From a virus: a stretch of 64,000 bases of DNA. The stretch spans positions 36,325 to 100,324 of the IMG/VR virus record IMGVR_UViG_3300025383_000015; one strand, 5' to 3'. The position numbers and the translations under genes are program-made. Of this stretch, positions 26,799 through 36,184 are shown in pieces; position 1 is the first letter of the stretch; every line of letters starts with the position of its first letter. The notes under the pieces are model-generated. The model did not search any database. It was not told where the DNA came from and worked only from the letters and a program-made list of their open reading frames with translations.

Positions 26799-27787
26799 GT
26801 GTTTGCCCCTCTTAAACGCTTTTCATGACGTTCATACTGTGCACGACCTGCCATTGTGTTTTGGAATACACGACCGTCGCTTGCAGTGAGGACACTAGCA
26901 GACGGTTTCTTACTTTCGTCAAACTCGTTGCTGGAGATGCGTGGTAGACCAAGGTTCTGCCGTGCTTGGTTCATTTTAGTGCGGAACGATGCAAGGAAGC
27001 GCTTGTATAAAAACGGCGCTTCATCTCCAACATCTCTAAAGTTCTGCTCATCCGCCATGAACAGGCGCAAGAGTTCTAACTCTAGGAGTGGGGTGGTTTG
27101 ATACTGACTTCTGAATTTGGCAAGTGCTCCTGAGAGTTGTTTGACGTTAACGGTTCCTGGTAGGAGCGGGAACTTGCGGCCAACTCTGTAAGAGAACTCA
27201 GCAGCAACGTCCATCGCAGTCCACTCATGCTCTGGTCGCTTTCCACGGGTTCGTGGATCTGTTTTTCTGATCTTAGGCTGTGGCGTATCTCGACTTTCAA
27301 CGAGGCCAAAACCTGCGAGATCTTCACCGTCGTCATAGCCTTTCATAGGAATTAAGATTTCCCTTCGAATCGTAGATTCAAAATCTTTTAATTTATTACT
27401 ACTTGTAGTACTGCTATCTTGTATATCTACAGTATTACTATCTGTCACCATATCAGGTGAGAATGGGTAATCTACCGTCAGTTGGGAAACTTCAGATGGG
27501 TAGTTTACCGTCACCTTAGATGGGTAATCTGACGTTAGTTGGTAAATGTTTTTTCCCTTGTAGCCATTTGCCCGCTTGGTGTTGGTGACTGTGAAGAACC
27601 CCTTGGCTTCTAGGGCCTTAAGGGCATCTCTGACGGTTCGGTCAGATGCTTTGCCAGTCTGACTACCCAACTCGGCTACAGAGGCCTGTAAACGGCCGTC
27701 AGAGCCCGAATTTAAGCACATATAGGCAAGCAGTCTGAACTGATAATCGGTGATATCAGCAGAAAAGGCGCCCTCAGGGATGTTCAC
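26795..27787 (-). CDS. Putative replication initiator (N-terminal winged HTH, lambda O-like layout)
   Basis: FRLLAYM...SVAELG...SDRTVRDALKALEAKGF wHTH; internal DNA repeats; upstream of the DnaC-like loader. Confidence 0.65.
   Translation of the reverse strand: MNIPEGAFSADITDYQFRLLAYMCLNSGSDGRLQASVAELGSQTGKASDRTVRDALKALEAKGFFTVTNTKRANGYKGKNIYQLTSDYPSKVTVNYPSEVSQLTVDYPFSPDMVTDSNTVDIQDSSTTSSNKLKDFESTIRREILIPMKGYDDGEDLAGFGLVESRDTPQPKIRKTDPRTRGKRPEHEWTAMDVAAEFSYRVGRKFPLLPGTVNVKQLSGALAKFRSQYQTTPLLELELLRLFMADEQNFRDVGDEAPFLYKRFLASFRTKMNQARQNLGLPRISSNEFDESKKPSASVLTASDGRVFQNTMAGRAQYERHEKRLRGANT
27463..27546. repeat. Three iteron-like direct repeats (candidate replication origin)
   Basis: ATGGGTAATCTACCGTCA (27463), ATGGGTAGTTTACCGTCA (27496), ATGGGTAATCTGACGTTA (27520); adjacent AT-rich tract about 27380-27440. 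Confidence 0.65.
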
Positions 27788-27796
27788 GGGCGAAAC

Positions 27797-28378
27797 CTAC
27801 TCCTCAAAAGGGTCGATGTCATCGCGACCCTCCACCTCGTTAAGATGGGCGTTGACCTCCTCAGAGATCAATCGGACAACCTTGTTGGCTATGTAGCCAG
27901 CCATCAGTTCGACCAATCCCATGAAAGTATCTTCGATTGCATCGAGGATCTCATCTTCTTCAAGGTCGCCGCCATGGTCTATCTCGATTACGTCCAGACC
28001 ATCCATGATGTTCCACGTCTCTACGCCGTAGTCCTCGACCGAGTGCAGGGCTGTGTGAGCCTCAGGACTGTCGTCCCAAGCAATTGCTAGGACGTCATCG
28101 GGAATGTTGATCATCTTGATCACTTCCTTGATTGGGTTTCCTACCTTGGTAAAGTTCTTTGAACCTTTAAGGATTGAATCTGTAAAGTCGCTGGACTCTG
28201 AGAAGTAGGCGTGAAAATCTAGGCCGTGTTTCTTGATGACGTTCCAAACGCTTTCGACAAAGACACGATTGCTTGTTACAGGAAAAAGTATAAACGGATC
28301 CTCATACATGGATACCAGTTCATCTAACCCTGTAGACACATCAATGTCCTTAAAGCACACTACAGAAATACGTTTCAT
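27797..28378 (-). CDS. Hypothetical acidic protein
   Basis: Start reassigned to MKRISVV (ATGA overlap). Confidence 0.7.
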   Translation of the reverse strand: MKRISVVCFKDIDVSTGLDELVSMYEDPFILFPVTSNRVFVESVWNVIKKHGLDFHAYFSESSDFTDSILKGSKNFTKVGNPIKEVIKMINIPDDVLAIAWDDSPEAHTALHSVEDYGVETWNIMDGLDVIEIDHGGDLEEDEILDAIEDTFMGLVELMAGYIANKVVRLISEEVNAHLNEVEGRDDIDPFEE

Positions 28379-28650
28379 AGACGAGGCAACTTTCTGCGTG
28401 CATCCACAATGACTGGCGTATTTAGCCACTTGAGGATTACAGCAGAAACGAATGTGGCCGCTGGAACAGCGACATATGACTCTTTGTTCCAATACCCAAA
28501 AAGGTAAAGACCAAGAGTGCTTAGAGGAAGTGTTAGAAACTTATGACCAAAGTTACTGCCCCAGTAATCAAATGTTAAAAGCCCAAAGAACTCAACAGCG
28601 TAAGAGACCGCTAGTCCTGTAATTCCGACTGCTATAAGAAGGTTAACCAT
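28375..28650 (-). CDS. Small membrane protein (holin candidate)
   Basis: Two to three hydrophobic segments and a basic C-terminus RRKLPRL. Confidence 0.5.
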   Translation of the reverse strand: MVNLLIAVGITGLAVSYAVEFFGLLTFDYWGSNFGHKFLTLPLSTLGLYLFGYWNKESYVAVPAATFVSAVILKWLNTPVIVDARRKLPRL

Positions 28651-28659
28651 GGCCGCATA

Positions 28660-30882
28660 CTACACGGTCAGGTTGTTGTACTCCACTGCTGCGTAGGTAC
28701 GGACACGCCAGAAAACATTTTCTGGTAGCCAGTCACTAATGGTTTGGGCCAAAGCCAATACCTTAAGGTCTTTGTTTACGTACAAATAGGACGGGGAGTT
28801 GTGCTCTGTACCTGACCACACGCATCCAAAAGACGAAGGGATAGAGCCGTCGATGTAGTCTGTAGGGGAAAAGTTTGGAGACTGTGTTGGGTTGAATCTA
28901 AAGGTGTTCTCGAACTGAACACAATCAATATAGAAAGTTCCAGCACCTCCTGAAAACACTACTTCGTAAGTGTCTGTAAGTGCATCTGACGCGTCTGTTA
29001 GATCGGTTGCGTAAACACGAGTCCAGTTTGCAAACGTTCCTTGTGGGTATGGGTCGTTGTCAATGACATTACCACTTGAATCTCTTCCAATGAACGTCAT
29101 TGTAATATCTGAAGAGGATTTTACATAAGCAGATCCTGTGTAATACTTTCCAGGAAGTATGTTTGCTTTGTTGGATGTGAGCGTCCAATCACCAGTTGCA
29201 ATTATTTTTGCACTCTTACTACCTGAGTAAACTTCTGCAGGTACATCGGATACAGTTGAGATCGATGCTGAACCAGATAAAGTCCAATTATCTGTTGCGT
29301 TATTTTCAAATGATGGGTTATAAATAAGATTAGATTTATTTGGGTTTAAAAGAACGTCAACAGCACGAGCCTCATCATACGATGCGGTTGCCCCTGCTTG
29401 TAGTGAGATGCAGTCGATGTAATACGTTCCAGCGGCTGACCATGAGAAAGTGATTCCTGCATATGTAGCATCAGAGTTGTTAGCAGAAGGAACAGCAACA
29501 CCTGACTCAGTATCGGTAGATGTTCCTGTGTAAGAGTTGGTTATTGTAAATGTGGTGGATGTAACGGATGTTATAGCGACGTTAGTTACATTAAACCCTG
29601 AAGTCGTAAAACCAGTAACTGTAACGTGTTGACCCACTGTCAATGTGTGTGCTGCGGGTGTTGTGTACACGATTGATCCAGATGATCCAACCGCACTAGA
29701 TACAACTGTGCTGTAATGAGAGTATGCGGTGGCGGTGTATGTGATATGACCCCAAGTACCTGTGGCGTTTGTACCTGATGCAGGAGTTAAATCAGAACCA
29801 ATCTGAAAACCATTTCGATCATAAAACTTTAACGCAGGTTTTATTGATCCAGCACTTGATGGTGAAATGATTTGAGCAGACAAGGTGTACTGAGTTCCAG
29901 GAACAATGGGAACACCTTTTAAGATTGGGGAATCAGCACCCAAGGTCATAGAGCCAGCACCTGATGCAACGATTTTGCATGAGTAATCTAAGTCTATGTA
30001 ATTGGAAGTCAGTTGAGGTACAGGAGCCTCATCAGTACTAGAACTGATAGTGGCATTGGTAGCAATCCAATTGCCAGTTCCGTTGTAAAACGTAGAATCT
30101 TGAACACTAAGAAGTAAGTTACTTGAGACGGTAATTGTTGGAGAGTAGTTAGTTAAAGACTCTACATAAGTAGAAAGGCCGTTTAACGTGCCTTTGTTAG
30201 CGTACATGTAAAACGCTTCACGAACTAACTGCTTTTGGCTTTTGATAGACATTCCAGGCTCTGGTGTGAGTCCAAAGTTTTGCGTTTCCAAAGGAAGCAA
30301 AGTTACTGGGGTGCTTAAGCGAGTATGGTCTGGCAAAAGCAGGTCTAAGAAAGTCAAAGATTCATCTAATGTAAAGCCAATACCATCAACAAACGAATAC
30401 AGGTTTGAAGAAGTGTCTGGTTCCCCTAGAGGAGTTTGTTCTTTGCTTGTGAAAACTCGAGGCAGATAGTTAATTAAAGATTTAGTACTTCCATGCATAG
30501 AAGGCACAACGTCAAATACGGCACCAGCAGGAACCCATACATTGTCTGACGTAAATAAAAACATTGCATAGTAGATAGGTTTTCCAGGAACTATTGGTAT
30601 GCCTGCGGTGTCTTCGATTCCTCCACCGTCGTTAAACGTAGTTTTTGTAACTGATGAAGAAAGTTGTTGCCAAACTATTACACCATCTTCTGCAGTTTCA
30701 GGAAGACTGTTTTGATTTCGGACAAGGCGAATAGCAGAATAGGTTCCTGAAGGAGGTTGCCAGTTTACAAACACCTCTGTTGGATACACCACAGTAAGTG
30801 ACATGGGTGATACGGAGTTAGGTACTTGGGTTGTTTGACCATAAATACTTTCTCCATATACTGCTACATCATAATTAGCCAC
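28660..30882 (-). CDS. Baseplate/tail protein (P2 gpI-like domain with carbohydrate-binding-like modules)
   Basis: LINYLPRVF...YMYANKGTLNGL gpI-like segment; NLIYNPSFE / YIDCVQFE beta-sandwich repeats. Confidence 0.7.
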   Translation of the reverse strand: MANYDVAVYGESIYGQTTQVPNSVSPMSLTVVYPTEVFVNWQPPSGTYSAIRLVRNQNSLPETAEDGVIVWQQLSSSVTKTTFNDGGGIEDTAGIPIVPGKPIYYAMFLFTSDNVWVPAGAVFDVVPSMHGSTKSLINYLPRVFTSKEQTPLGEPDTSSNLYSFVDGIGFTLDESLTFLDLLLPDHTRLSTPVTLLPLETQNFGLTPEPGMSIKSQKQLVREAFYMYANKGTLNGLSTYVESLTNYSPTITVSSNLLLSVQDSTFYNGTGNWIATNATISSSTDEAPVPQLTSNYIDLDYSCKIVASGAGSMTLGADSPILKGVPIVPGTQYTLSAQIISPSSAGSIKPALKFYDRNGFQIGSDLTPASGTNATGTWGHITYTATAYSHYSTVVSSAVGSSGSIVYTTPAAHTLTVGQHVTVTGFTTSGFNVTNVAITSVTSTTFTITNSYTGTSTDTESGVAVPSANNSDATYAGITFSWSAAGTYYIDCISLQAGATASYDEARAVDVLLNPNKSNLIYNPSFENNATDNWTLSGSASISTVSDVPAEVYSGSKSAKIIATGDWTLTSNKANILPGKYYTGSAYVKSSSDITMTFIGRDSSGNVIDNDPYPQGTFANWTRVYATDLTDASDALTDTYEVVFSGGAGTFYIDCVQFENTFRFNPTQSPNFSPTDYIDGSIPSSFGCVWSGTEHNSPSYLYVNKDLKVLALAQTISDWLPENVFWRVRTYAAVEYNNLTV

Positions 30883-30892
30883 TACTTAGTCC

Positions 30893-31339
30893 TTATGCTC
30901 CGATGAGTAGAAGTGGGTTAATGCTTGCCTCTGGAGTTGCCCAGGAAGCAGAAGTTCCATCTGTGGTTAGGTAGTTGCCAGCCTGACCCGATTGACTTGG
31001 AAGAGCATTGATAGTTGACCATGTATAGTCATAATCTGTTCCTGAAGATTTGGTAAGAACTTGACCAGTTGTTCCACCTGTTGGAGCACCTGCAAGCAAC
31101 GCTTCATTAATTCCGTACTCAATATTGGCAAGACGAGCCTTGAGAGTAGGCCAGTTAGTTGTGGTTTTATCAAAGACACCAATCCAACCAGATCCCGTTG
31201 CAATGTTGGTTCCAAGGTTAGACTCAACGGCGCTTACTTCATTTTGTAGGTCATTAACGTCTGCAGCCTGAACTGTAGTGATGAAGTTCAGTTTAGTGCT
31301 GAAATCGTTCTTAACGTTACTTGGGTAATACGCAGTCAT
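30893..31339 (-). CDS. Short tail-fibre-like protein
   Basis: PTGGTTGQVLTK, LPSQSGQAGNYLTTDGT; ends INPLLLIGA. Confidence 0.65.
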   Translation of the reverse strand: MTAYYPSNVKNDFSTKLNFITTVQAADVNDLQNEVSAVESNLGTNIATGSGWIGVFDKTTTNWPTLKARLANIEYGINEALLAGAPTGGTTGQVLTKSSGTDYDYTWSTINALPSQSGQAGNYLTTDGTSASWATPEASINPLLLIGA

Positions 31340-31413
31340 GAGTCTGCCTTTCTTGCTCTAGAATTCTATTTTCTCGTTTTTGTTCTTGGTTTACTGCATG
31401 AACCGTGTTCGTA

Positions 31414-32490
31414 TTATGCGCCCATAACTAAAAATAACCCTGAAAAAAGGTCACCAATATCCACAGATGCTGTTCCAACAGATCCTTGTACACCTTGTGT
31501 TCCAATTCCTGTAGCGCCTTGTAAGCCTTGAACTCCTTGTACTCCTTGAGTTCCTTGAATTGCAGACCCTTGTACTCCCTGAGTTCCTTGGGGGCCAGTT
31601 GTTCCATCTGTTCCCTGTGTACCTGTAGAACCAGCAGTTCCCTGTACACCCTGTGTACCTGTTCCGATTACACCTTGAGTACCTTGGACACCCTGTAATC
31701 CTTGTGTTCCTTGGTAACCTTGCAATCCTGTTGCGCCTAATGTTCCTTGGGTACCTTGTGCACCTACCGAACCCGTTGCACCAACAGCACCCTGTACGCC
31801 TTGCGTACCTGAGTAACCTTGTAATCCGTAAGGTCCTTGAGTTCCAATTGCTCCCTGCAAACCTTGTACACCTTGAACACCCTGTGTTCCAGATCCCATA
31901 GATCCCTGAGTTCCCAAAGAACCCTGTACACCTTGGGTTCCTTGAGTACCAGACCCAGTAGACCCCTGTATACCTTGGCTACCCGATGAGCCTTGCGCTC
32001 CTGAACTTCCTTGTGTTCCTTGAATGCCGTGACCAGCAATAATTCCTTGAACAGTGTTTTGTAACGAGTATAAAGTTGTTTGTAATGAGTATTCTTTTTG
32101 CGCCAAAGCAATCAAGGTTGCTGTTATGTCAACCTCTTGAGTTCCGTCATTTTTTGTTACTAAAACTATTTCGTGATTTATGTTGTTTAAACTGGTTGCA
32201 TTAGATAGTGCTTTTAAATATAATTTTTTATTACTTCCTTGGTTTTGTCCAAAGGTACCTAACCAAATAGGATACTCAGGATCTCCGCCAATGTAAGCAA
32301 CCCACACACCCTGACCAATAACAGGAACATCAGGTGAGGTACTTGCAGGATCAATAGGCCAAGCCCAGTCAGTTACCTCTGACCCTGTAGTTTGTGGGAT
32401 AGACAGACGTAATCTACGTTGATGTTGTGGATCGTTGTTGTCCTGAACAACACCTCTATAGATTCCGTAATGTCTTTTAATATCATCCAC
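31414..32490 (-). CDS. Baseplate spike (gp5/gpV OB-fold) with collagen-like C-terminal region
   Basis: YGIYRGVV..NNDP....RLR...P, PVIGQGVWV.YIGGDPEYPIWLG; long G-X-Q repeats. Confidence 0.8.
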   Translation of the reverse strand: MDDIKRHYGIYRGVVQDNNDPQHQRRLRLSIPQTTGSEVTDWAWPIDPASTSPDVPVIGQGVWVAYIGGDPEYPIWLGTFGQNQGSNKKLYLKALSNATSLNNINHEIVLVTKNDGTQEVDITATLIALAQKEYSLQTTLYSLQNTVQGIIAGHGIQGTQGSSGAQGSSGSQGIQGSTGSGTQGTQGVQGSLGTQGSMGSGTQGVQGVQGLQGAIGTQGPYGLQGYSGTQGVQGAVGATGSVGAQGTQGTLGATGLQGYQGTQGLQGVQGTQGVIGTGTQGVQGTAGSTGTQGTDGTTGPQGTQGVQGSAIQGTQGVQGVQGLQGATGIGTQGVQGSVGTASVDIGDLFSGLFLVMGA

Positions 32491-34244
32491 TACATCGTTC
32501 CAATATTGATATTACTTACTTGGAATCTAAAGATCTCATTTGGAGAACCAATAAGAGTTGAATAGGCTGTAAATGCTCCAGTACCTGTTGCAGTTCCACT
32601 GGACTGAGTACTGGCAACTGTGAAATGAGTTGAATCTGCAACTGTTGTTACTGGGACTGCTGTCACGTTATACCCACTAGGACTAAAGCCAGTAACTGTA
32701 ACCGTTGATCCAGCACTTAAACCATGTGGAGCGCTGGTTGTGTAGGTTATTGATGTCCCAGAAGCAGCAGCAGATGTAATAGGTACACCATAACGGTATA
32801 GCCCTGTTACTCGTGCAGTCTTTACTCCAGGTAACGAATTTACTACTGCCTCAATATCTTGAGGGTAGATGGTTTGTTGAAATGACAATCCGTTATAACC
32901 GTAAACTACAGATAGCGTTGAAAGGATTAAAGAAGTTACATCTGAGGCTTTGTACTTGGGATCAAGAGCATATGTTAAAGAAAGAACAACATCTACATAC
33001 GTTGGTGGTTGAACACTAAGAGAACTGCCAATTAGTAGTTTGTCTGCCATGTATGCAGATACGTTACTTGCCAATGTAGTGTATTCAGAAGAAGTAGTTC
33101 CATCAGGATTTAATCCTGGCTGTAGATCTGTAGTTCCAGCATTTCGTGTGGGTGCAATGTACAGAGTTACTGATGACCATACCGCAGCATTTGCGTTTGC
33201 TTTTCCTACGTTGTTTACGCTTAAAGCAAGGTCAGCATAATCTTTTTTGGTAACAGCACGGTTAGCAGCACGCAAAGATGCTGGTGCAGAGATGCGAATT
33301 TGGTCTGTGCTTTCTGGATCTGAACCAGCAATAGCAGCAGATGTGTTGGTTACTGTGATAGTTCCCTTAAGTGCAGTGACTTGTGTGTCTGTAAGTCCAG
33401 GAACATAACTAATATTTGTAGCAATATTTGTACCAATGTTTCCAATATCTCCCCCACCAACTGTATACGCGGCTCTGATTTGAGAGTAAGGAACAGGAAT
33501 AGCGCCCGCTACACCGTCACCAAAACTTACAATGATGTTGTTGTTTTGATCAAAAGAAGTTGTGTATACAAGATCTGATGACCCGTAGTCAGTAATATGT
33601 TGTACCTCAGTCCACTGAGAGTAAATGTCTCCATCCTGTACAAACACTGTAATACTTCCATCAACAACTGGTGAGTGTAAAAGCATGTACGATTGATTTG
33701 GAGAACCATCTGAAGTACCGATAAGTTCTCCATATGTAGGTACGGCAGATGGAGAAACTAGAGTTATTAATTGACCTTCTTTTGCAAGAACAGTATTTGA
33801 AGTTCCACTTACTACAGTTACATCTGCAGTAGTTGTAAAGTAAAGTGTTTGTACAACATCTCCTGTTGTAACTTGACCTGATACCACTGTTCCTTGACCC
33901 AATAGTTGGTCTGTGCTTCCAGAGTTAGTAAATGTAAGGTTAACCAAAGCCTGACGATAGCCCGCTGGGTTGTACCCAAAAGTTTGAGCAATGTTAAGAA
34001 CACTATTTCGTTGAGTCGCAGTGTAAATAGAGTTTTCGTTAGCGTTACGGTCAATGTAATAAGAAATAAGATCGCCCATATAAGCCATGGCTTCTACAAA
34101 AGCAACACCAAAATCAGCAGGATCAGCAGCAGTCCAATTTGGGATACGGGCTTGAATTCGTGCAATTAACTTCTCTCTAATAGAGTAGTAATCTCTCGAG
34201 GTGTAGTCAACGGATACTGGTATGGTAGAAATTTGTGTGGTCAC
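32490..34244 (-). CDS. Baseplate wedge protein (baseplate J / gp6-like)
   Basis: DYTSRDY, DFGVAFVE, FGDGVAG, YTVGGG..GN, GSDPES, RAVTKKDY. Confidence 0.88.
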   Translation of the reverse strand: MTTQISTIPVSVDYTSRDYYSIREKLIARIQARIPNWTAADPADFGVAFVEAMAYMGDLISYYIDRNANENSIYTATQRNSVLNIAQTFGYNPAGYRQALVNLTFTNSGSTDQLLGQGTVVSGQVTTGDVVQTLYFTTTADVTVVSGTSNTVLAKEGQLITLVSPSAVPTYGELIGTSDGSPNQSYMLLHSPVVDGSITVFVQDGDIYSQWTEVQHITDYGSSDLVYTTSFDQNNNIIVSFGDGVAGAIPVPYSQIRAAYTVGGGDIGNIGTNIATNISYVPGLTDTQVTALKGTITVTNTSAAIAGSDPESTDQIRISAPASLRAANRAVTKKDYADLALSVNNVGKANANAAVWSSVTLYIAPTRNAGTTDLQPGLNPDGTTSSEYTTLASNVSAYMADKLLIGSSLSVQPPTYVDVVLSLTYALDPKYKASDVTSLILSTLSVVYGYNGLSFQQTIYPQDIEAVVNSLPGVKTARVTGLYRYGVPITSAAASGTSITYTTSAPHGLSAGSTVTVTGFSPSGYNVTAVPVTTVADSTHFTVASTQSSGTATGTGAFTAYSTLIGSPNEIFRFQVSNINIGTM

Positions 34245-34645
34245 AATATCTCCTCGTATGGTGGGTTAGATCCTGCTAATGAGAGAACGCCAAGAGTAGT
34301 TGTTACTGGTGTGCTATTTGGTAATTGATAACTGATATTTGCTGTAACAACATTTGTGTAGGTATCTACATCTATAGTTACGTCAGTTAGTAGCAAAGTT
34401 GGCAATTGAGAATTAAAAGCCTTTTCAATCTCAATCTTAATTTCTGATGCAGCATCGTCTTCAGCATCAAACAACGCATAAGGAATTAATGTTCCAAACG
34501 TAGGGCGCATCACTCTTTCACGAACCGCTGTCCCAACAACCGACTTAACTCTATCTGCCCACATAACTTCTTGACTTTGGGTAAAAGCAACCCGTCCAGA
34601 GTAATCAATCGTAAAAGGAAGGGTTACGGCAACTTCATTAGCCAT
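34241..34645 (-). CDS. gp25/GPW-like baseplate wedge subunit
   Basis: ERVMRPTFGT motif; gene position. Confidence 0.85.
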   Translation of the reverse strand: MANEVAVTLPFTIDYSGRVAFTQSQEVMWADRVKSVVGTAVRERVMRPTFGTLIPYALFDAEDDAASEIKIEIEKAFNSQLPTLLLTDVTIDVDTYTNVVTANISYQLPNSTPVTTTLGVLSLAGSNPPYEEIL

Positions 34646-35895
34646 TATTTACCTACCCATCTTCTTGGAACAATATTAAAACCAGTATTGGTCTGGTCAA
34701 TTAACGCGGTTGCGGTGCTCAGTGTATAGGAATTAGATGGGTTGGTTCCTGATGTAGGGTAATTAAGGTTTACTGCAGGAACAGTCCCTGCAGACGATGG
34801 GCGTGTAGCACTTGGCTGGTTTGTTCCCACTCCATCAGTAGCACAAGAAAATTCAACCGTGTATTTTCCATCGATAGTCATCTCATGTTTAGACGAAGTG
34901 ACTATCCAAAAACCATCAGAACTTGTGCCTGTGTATCTAACCTCAATAGTTCCCCATGGAGATACCCGTGGATCCCCTTGAGCAGAACCTTTTCCAGGAA
35001 TTGAAAGTCTAGATAAATGGGCTTTTCCATCTGCTAAAGCCTTAGCCATAGCATCGCTGTTAGCCACTACACCAGACTCAACTTTAGAGAACAAAGGAGC
35101 CTTTACGTTTTGGCGTATAGGCGCTCCCACCTGGTGTGGAGAGGATTTTGATGTGTATATTTTTCCTGTAACTGGGTCTACTCCAGAAACTATTTTATTA
35201 CTTCTGTTATTTGCTTTCTTTTCTACATAGTCTCCAAGTTTAGATTCAAAAGCGTCAAGGGTTTGAACGTCAAATACAGAGTTAGAGTTAGTAAATGGGT
35301 CTAGAAATGCCAGTATCGGGATAGTAGTCATGAACTGATCAATCATCGTGTCAATAGGGTGAAAGTGAAGTTCTGTACCTAATACTTGAACTCCATATCC
35401 AATTTTATTTGCAAGTTCTACAAGTTTTTCCCAATATGTATGGCCGCTCATTGAGATCTGGCTAAACTTAACTGTGCTTGGTGTTACTACAGGTTTTAAG
35501 TAAAACTTTTTAGCAATGTCTGTAGCAACTTGAGAAGCAGTTGTGTTTGTCCATATCTTTGTTGCCTCCTCTTTAAAAGGGTATGAACCACCTACACAAA
35601 CAATCTCTACATACCTATTTAAAACCTGTGTTGTTGGGTATTGAATGTGGGAAACATACCCTATAAAATTTTTATTTACTTTGTCGTTTCTCCAAGAAAC
35701 TTGAACTGGTGTTCCTGTTTTAAAAGACTCAACAATTAGCGTACTAAAGTATTGAAACCTAAGAACCATAACATCATGGCTATTGATGTTCTGTGTTAAA
35801 GTAATTTTACGAGGTTGAGTGTTAAAACTAGGGTAGTCAGGAAATGACACTGAATAGTTATTAGCAAATTTACCTTGACGTTGCGGATCACGCAC
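34645..35895 (-). CDS. Baseplate hub protein (gp27/gpD-like)
   Basis: YWEKLVELANKIGY, GDPRV, DGFWIV...H; synteny. Confidence 0.72.
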   Translation of the reverse strand: MRDPQRQGKFANNYSVSFPDYPSFNTQPRKITLTQNINSHDVMVLRFQYFSTLIVESFKTGTPVQVSWRNDKVNKNFIGYVSHIQYPTTQVLNRYVEIVCVGGSYPFKEEATKIWTNTTASQVATDIAKKFYLKPVVTPSTVKFSQISMSGHTYWEKLVELANKIGYGVQVLGTELHFHPIDTMIDQFMTTIPILAFLDPFTNSNSVFDVQTLDAFESKLGDYVEKKANNRSNKIVSGVDPVTGKIYTSKSSPHQVGAPIRQNVKAPLFSKVESGVVANSDAMAKALADGKAHLSRLSIPGKGSAQGDPRVSPWGTIEVRYTGTSSDGFWIVTSSKHEMTIDGKYTVEFSCATDGVGTNQPSATRPSSAGTVPAVNLNYPTSGTNPSNSYTLSTATALIDQTNTGFNIVPRRWVGK

Positions 35896-36184
35896 TTGGC
35901 AACCTCAACAAAGTTCCTGGAGCAATAGATGTTGGGTCAATTATTTCTGGATTTAAATCCATAATTTTCCACCACAACTGTGGATTTCCTAAGAACTTAT
36001 TAGCCAGAGTATCTAAGCGATCTCCATCTACCCATTCATATGTATAAAACTTAGTAGCGTACACTGGCCAATTACGCAAGATCATTACATGGTATGCCTG
36101 TCGATGTTCATCCCATGCTTTAGGTATAGTTCCATCAGCGTTTGTTACAGGGTTGGCGTATCGGCTATCTGCGTAAATTGTCAT
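35888..36184 (-). CDS. LysM-like/tail X baseplate protein
   Basis: GDRLDTLANKFLG...WWKIMDLNP...PGTLLRLP. Confidence 0.85.
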   Translation of the reverse strand: MTIYADSRYANPVTNADGTIPKAWDEHRQAYHVMILRNWPVYATKFYTYEWVDGDRLDTLANKFLGNPQLWWKIMDLNPEIIDPTSIAPGTLLRLPSA

